DNA of 64,000 nt, taken from Eukaryota sp. GEM-RC1 (Eukaryota). The stretch is from positions 3,100,001 through 3,164,000 of the forward strand of contig JAUFOQ010000016.1 in assembly GCA_040285855.1 (NCBI GenBank), written 5' to 3'. Of the stretch, positions 61,228 through 64,000 are shown piece by piece; positions within the stretch are counted from its first letter, which is position 1; the number at the start of each line of letters is the position of its first letter. A program made the position numbers and the translations under genes. Below the pieces are notes generated by a model. The model searched no databases. It saw nothing but the letters and a program-made list of their open reading frames with translations, and was not told where the DNA came from.

Positions 61228-62802
61228 ATGCTCTTATCAATACTTTTCGGGGTATTTATCATCGCTGTGCTACTACTGGCTGTGGCAATTGTCCCATCAC
61301 CTCATGATGGTAACAATGATTTTACCTCTGTCCAACCTATTAAACAAGTTCCAGTCAAACTTAGAGACTCCACAGATGAAGATTCTGATATTCCTTCTTC
61401 TTCAAAATCCCTTCCTCGTGTGCGTTGTTCCATCCCGGATTGCTCTGATGACGAAATACCTACCTTTCACACCGCCCCCTCCCTCCGTCTTACTGCTTCC
61501 TTTGACGACCAACCAGGCTTTATTGATGATGATTCATCGTCTTCTGATGATGACAATGAACCCTATCTTCCTCCTCTATGTATTCCCTCCTCCAGTCCCT
61601 GTTCTCCCTCAGCCAAACTCAAATCAATGGTTCCCTCCCTTGATATGTCTTCACTCACTCGTCACGAGGATCCTACTGACATCTCAGCTAGAAGAAAAGC
61701 TGATAAACTCTCAAACTTTGTCAATGTCATGTCCCAGATAACTGACAGTATCTTCATTTCTGGAGAGGAACCAGCTGGAAACAACGAAATGCTAAAGGAG
61801 AACAACATCACACACGTGTTGAACCTTGCTCCCCAGGTTTGTGACCCTAAATCTAATCACTTTGACTTTCTATCACGGTATCTATCCATAAACATCGCTG
61901 ATAGCCCTAATGAAGATTTCATCCCCCTGATTCTTCGCACCAGTACCTTCATCCACGATGCCGTTCAATCTAACGGTCGTGTTCTCGTACATTGTCACCA
62001 GGGTGTTTCAAGAAGTTGCTCAGCAGTTATTGCTTACTTAATGATGACGAAGCAGAGGAGTTTTAGCGACTGTTTCCAAGATGTTAGGGAGAAACGACCG
62101 ATTTGTAGACCAAACCTTGGTTTCCAGTTATCATTGGACAAATTTTTTCAAGATTTTCAAAATTCTAGAATTTGCTGCTTCAGAGGATGTGAAAGGTCAC
62201 AAGAAGATCCCATGTTTGTTTTGACAGTCTCTGAGCTCAATCAAATTGATTGGGAACGTGAGTCTGTGGTTTTGGTTCATAATAAGGATAATATGCGATT
62301 GTATCTCTGGTATCCTTCCGAAATTGACCCTGAAAATCTAAATTTTTTGAACAACACTGTGTCCTTTTTCCAGAAGTTCCTCTCAGTTGTTTCTGTCTCC
62401 ACGGAACTACACGGTAACGAAAGCAGAGACTTCCAACAATTGGTCAACTTCCCCTCAAAGAAGTCAACGGAAGTCTTTGATAGTTGTCCATCACCTTCTC
62501 TCAATGTTAAACCTGAAATTCCTCGGTTTTTTGCTCTTGTTGAAGGGAAGTTTAATGAATTAAAAGTATTTGACGACCAGGATTTAGATAGCAATGTTGT
62601 TGCAATTCTTACTGTTCCAAAGAACTCTTTTGACTTAGACATGGACTTCTTTGTGTATATTGGGTCATCTAGAGTAGTTAATGCTGAAGAAGTGGCGAAT
62701 AACTTTGCCCAATTTTTTGAATTAGGTAATAATTTTAAATTTGACATTGTTATGGAGGATGACGAACCCGAATCTTTCTTTGAAGTGTTGGATTCTGTGT
62801 AA
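61228..62802 (+). CDS. Dual-specificity phosphatase, plant MKP1-like (DSP + probable gelsolin-like repeats), with a hydrophobic N-terminus
   Basis: ITHVLN, I.DSPNED, VLVHCHQGVSRS..VIAYLM, RP...PN.GF. C-terminal FDDQDLDS....IL....FFVYIG...E..EPESF resembles a gelsolin repeat. Confidence 0.85.
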   Translation: MLLSILFGVFIIAVLLLAVAIVPSPHDGNNDFTSVQPIKQVPVKLRDSTDEDSDIPSSSKSLPRVRCSIPDCSDDEIPTFHTAPSLRLTASFDDQPGFIDDDSSSSDDDNEPYLPPLCIPSSSPCSPSAKLKSMVPSLDMSSLTRHEDPTDISARRKADKLSNFVNVMSQITDSIFISGEEPAGNNEMLKENNITHVLNLAPQVCDPKSNHFDFLSRYLSINIADSPNEDFIPLILRTSTFIHDAVQSNGRVLVHCHQGVSRSCSAVIAYLMMTKQRSFSDCFQDVREKRPICRPNLGFQLSLDKFFQDFQNSRICCFRGCERSQEDPMFVLTVSELNQIDWERESVVLVHNKDNMRLYLWYPSEIDPENLNFLNNTVSFFQKFLSVVSVSTELHGNESRDFQQLVNFPSKKSTEVFDSCPSPSLNVKPEIPRFFALVEGKFNELKVFDDQDLDSNVVAILTVPKNSFDLDMDFFVYIGSSRVVNAEEVANNFAQFFELGNNFKFDIVMEDDEPESFFEVLDSV

Positions 62803-62985
62803 TTTAAAAAAATTCAATTAATTTGAATTTGTTATATATTTTAGTTATTTTTGGTCACAATATTTGACAAATTGGTGTGTCCATATTTTTTTTGAATAAA
62901 TTGAAACGTCACTAATGTATCGAATCAAAACTGATCAGGAAAGTTTGTTTGGGATCCACTCCCAACAAAACAAGTACAGACTGTG

Positions 62986-63842
62986 CTACAAAAAACTATC
63001 TAATCCAAAATCTAAATCATCATTAAATGAGTCACTAAATGTAGAATTATGTACAGTGCTGTCAAAATTCGAAGGATCCACCAGAGGATTAAACAAAGAA
63101 TCATCACTCATTTGTTCAGAGTTTGCCAAGGGAGATGGAGCCACGGAAAGAGACACGGAGTTGGGGGAAGCAGAAGCGATCGATGATCTTCTTGACCGCC
63201 GTCCATGGAGACTCTTCACAACTTCGTCCTCTAACGAAAGAGGAGAAGGTGCATGTGGAGAAGATGTGGACAAATCTACTGTTTTTAAGACGTGCCAACT
63301 TTGAGAATCAGCAGGTAAACGGTGTGAAAATTGTTCTTTAAAGTGGGACAAAATCAAACATGCCATCCACTTCATATGTTCATTGATATACCGTTGTTGA
63401 ATTTCACGAAAACGAGGTGTGAGTTCCGAGCTCGGGAGAGCACAGAAACGTATGGGATCCTGTTCTGCCATTTGTGACAATGTGAGTGTCAGAAAGGCTC
63501 TGTTGAAAGCAGGATTATGGGTATTTGGTTCATGAAGATATTGAGGAGAGTCTGCATGTTCAGTTTTCGTCATTTTGGACGGGCTACAACTAGCCGACGC
63601 TCGACGATGCCGAGAATTCACTTCTGAGACGTTGTGACTCGGAAAATCGGCTGTTGGTGAATGAAAATGCTGAAATGTCGGACTAGGATCATTGAAGTTT
63701 GGTTCCCACGATCCGCCCAGATCGACTGGAAAAACGTTCTGATCTATTGGTTAGAGTGTAATTAGACCATACTGGAACCTACAGGTGAACAAGTGTTTAT
63801 ATTTGGAGATGGTCGATATGATATTCTCATTGGAAGGGTCAT
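62986..63842 (-). CDS. Hypothetical Ser/Pro-rich protein, 275 aa with an intron at 63744-63772
   Basis: An ATG at 63842, a 70-nt exon and the 29-nt intron GTATGGTCTAATTACACTCTAACCAATAG join in frame to the 62986 ORF. No recognisable domain; the gene may extend further upstream. Confidence 0.55.
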
Positions 63843-64000
63843 TTCTTTTCAATCAAGTAAGGAAAAGTACAGACGGTAGGGTTAGCAGAGCAACTGTTGA
63901 TGACAAATGACAAGAGATTGACAATCAGTTCGCAGACTCTACAGAAAGTCATTGGCGCTTTTACATTAGGATAGAGGTTGCGTTTCAAGACAAAAACAGA

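Noticed and set aside
1..64000. Stop-codon reassignment (non-standard genetic code)
   Set aside because: TAA, TAG and TGA all end genes at expected positions, and ORF breaks need frame changes or splicing rather than readthrough.
1..64000. tRNA, rRNA or snRNA genes
   Set aside because: I recognised no cloverleaf, rRNA segment or convincing U-snRNA core by eye. A covariance-model search would be needed to exclude them.

Overview
Gene-dense eukaryotic DNA using the standard genetic code. It is most likely from an anaerobic flagellated protist, inferred from pyruvate formate-lyase together with IFT140 and Fused/STK36; the lineage cannot be fixed from sequence alone. About 19 protein genes are present: PFL (partial), NSE1, CWC2, an XRCC3-like RAD51 paralog, endonuclease V, RNF10-like, two head-to-head half-size ABCA transporters, eIF4G, Brr2, IFT140, PCNA, ASCC3/Slh1, a GYF protein, an orphan membrane protein, a ~2,400-aa BTB + RNF213-like AAA+ protein, Fused kinase, a histone-fold protein missed by the ORF track, an MKP1-like phosphatase and a hypothetical gene. 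Six 29-34 nt GT-AG introns have an almost fixed branch-point to 3' splice-site distance. About 17 further frame breaks, nearly all in homopolymers, are probably sequencing indels. Intergenic islands carry RLE-type non-LTR retrotransposon tails, a hAT non-autonomous element with an 8-bp TSD, a hAT remnant and a 159-bp insertion whose empty target is also in the window. Two signals stand out. First, the motif ACGTCATCA/TGATGACGT (full palindrome TGATGACGTCATCA) is strongly over-represented regardless of frame or strand. Second, an RNF213-like AAA+ core lacks the E3 module and appears fused to an N-terminal BTB domain.
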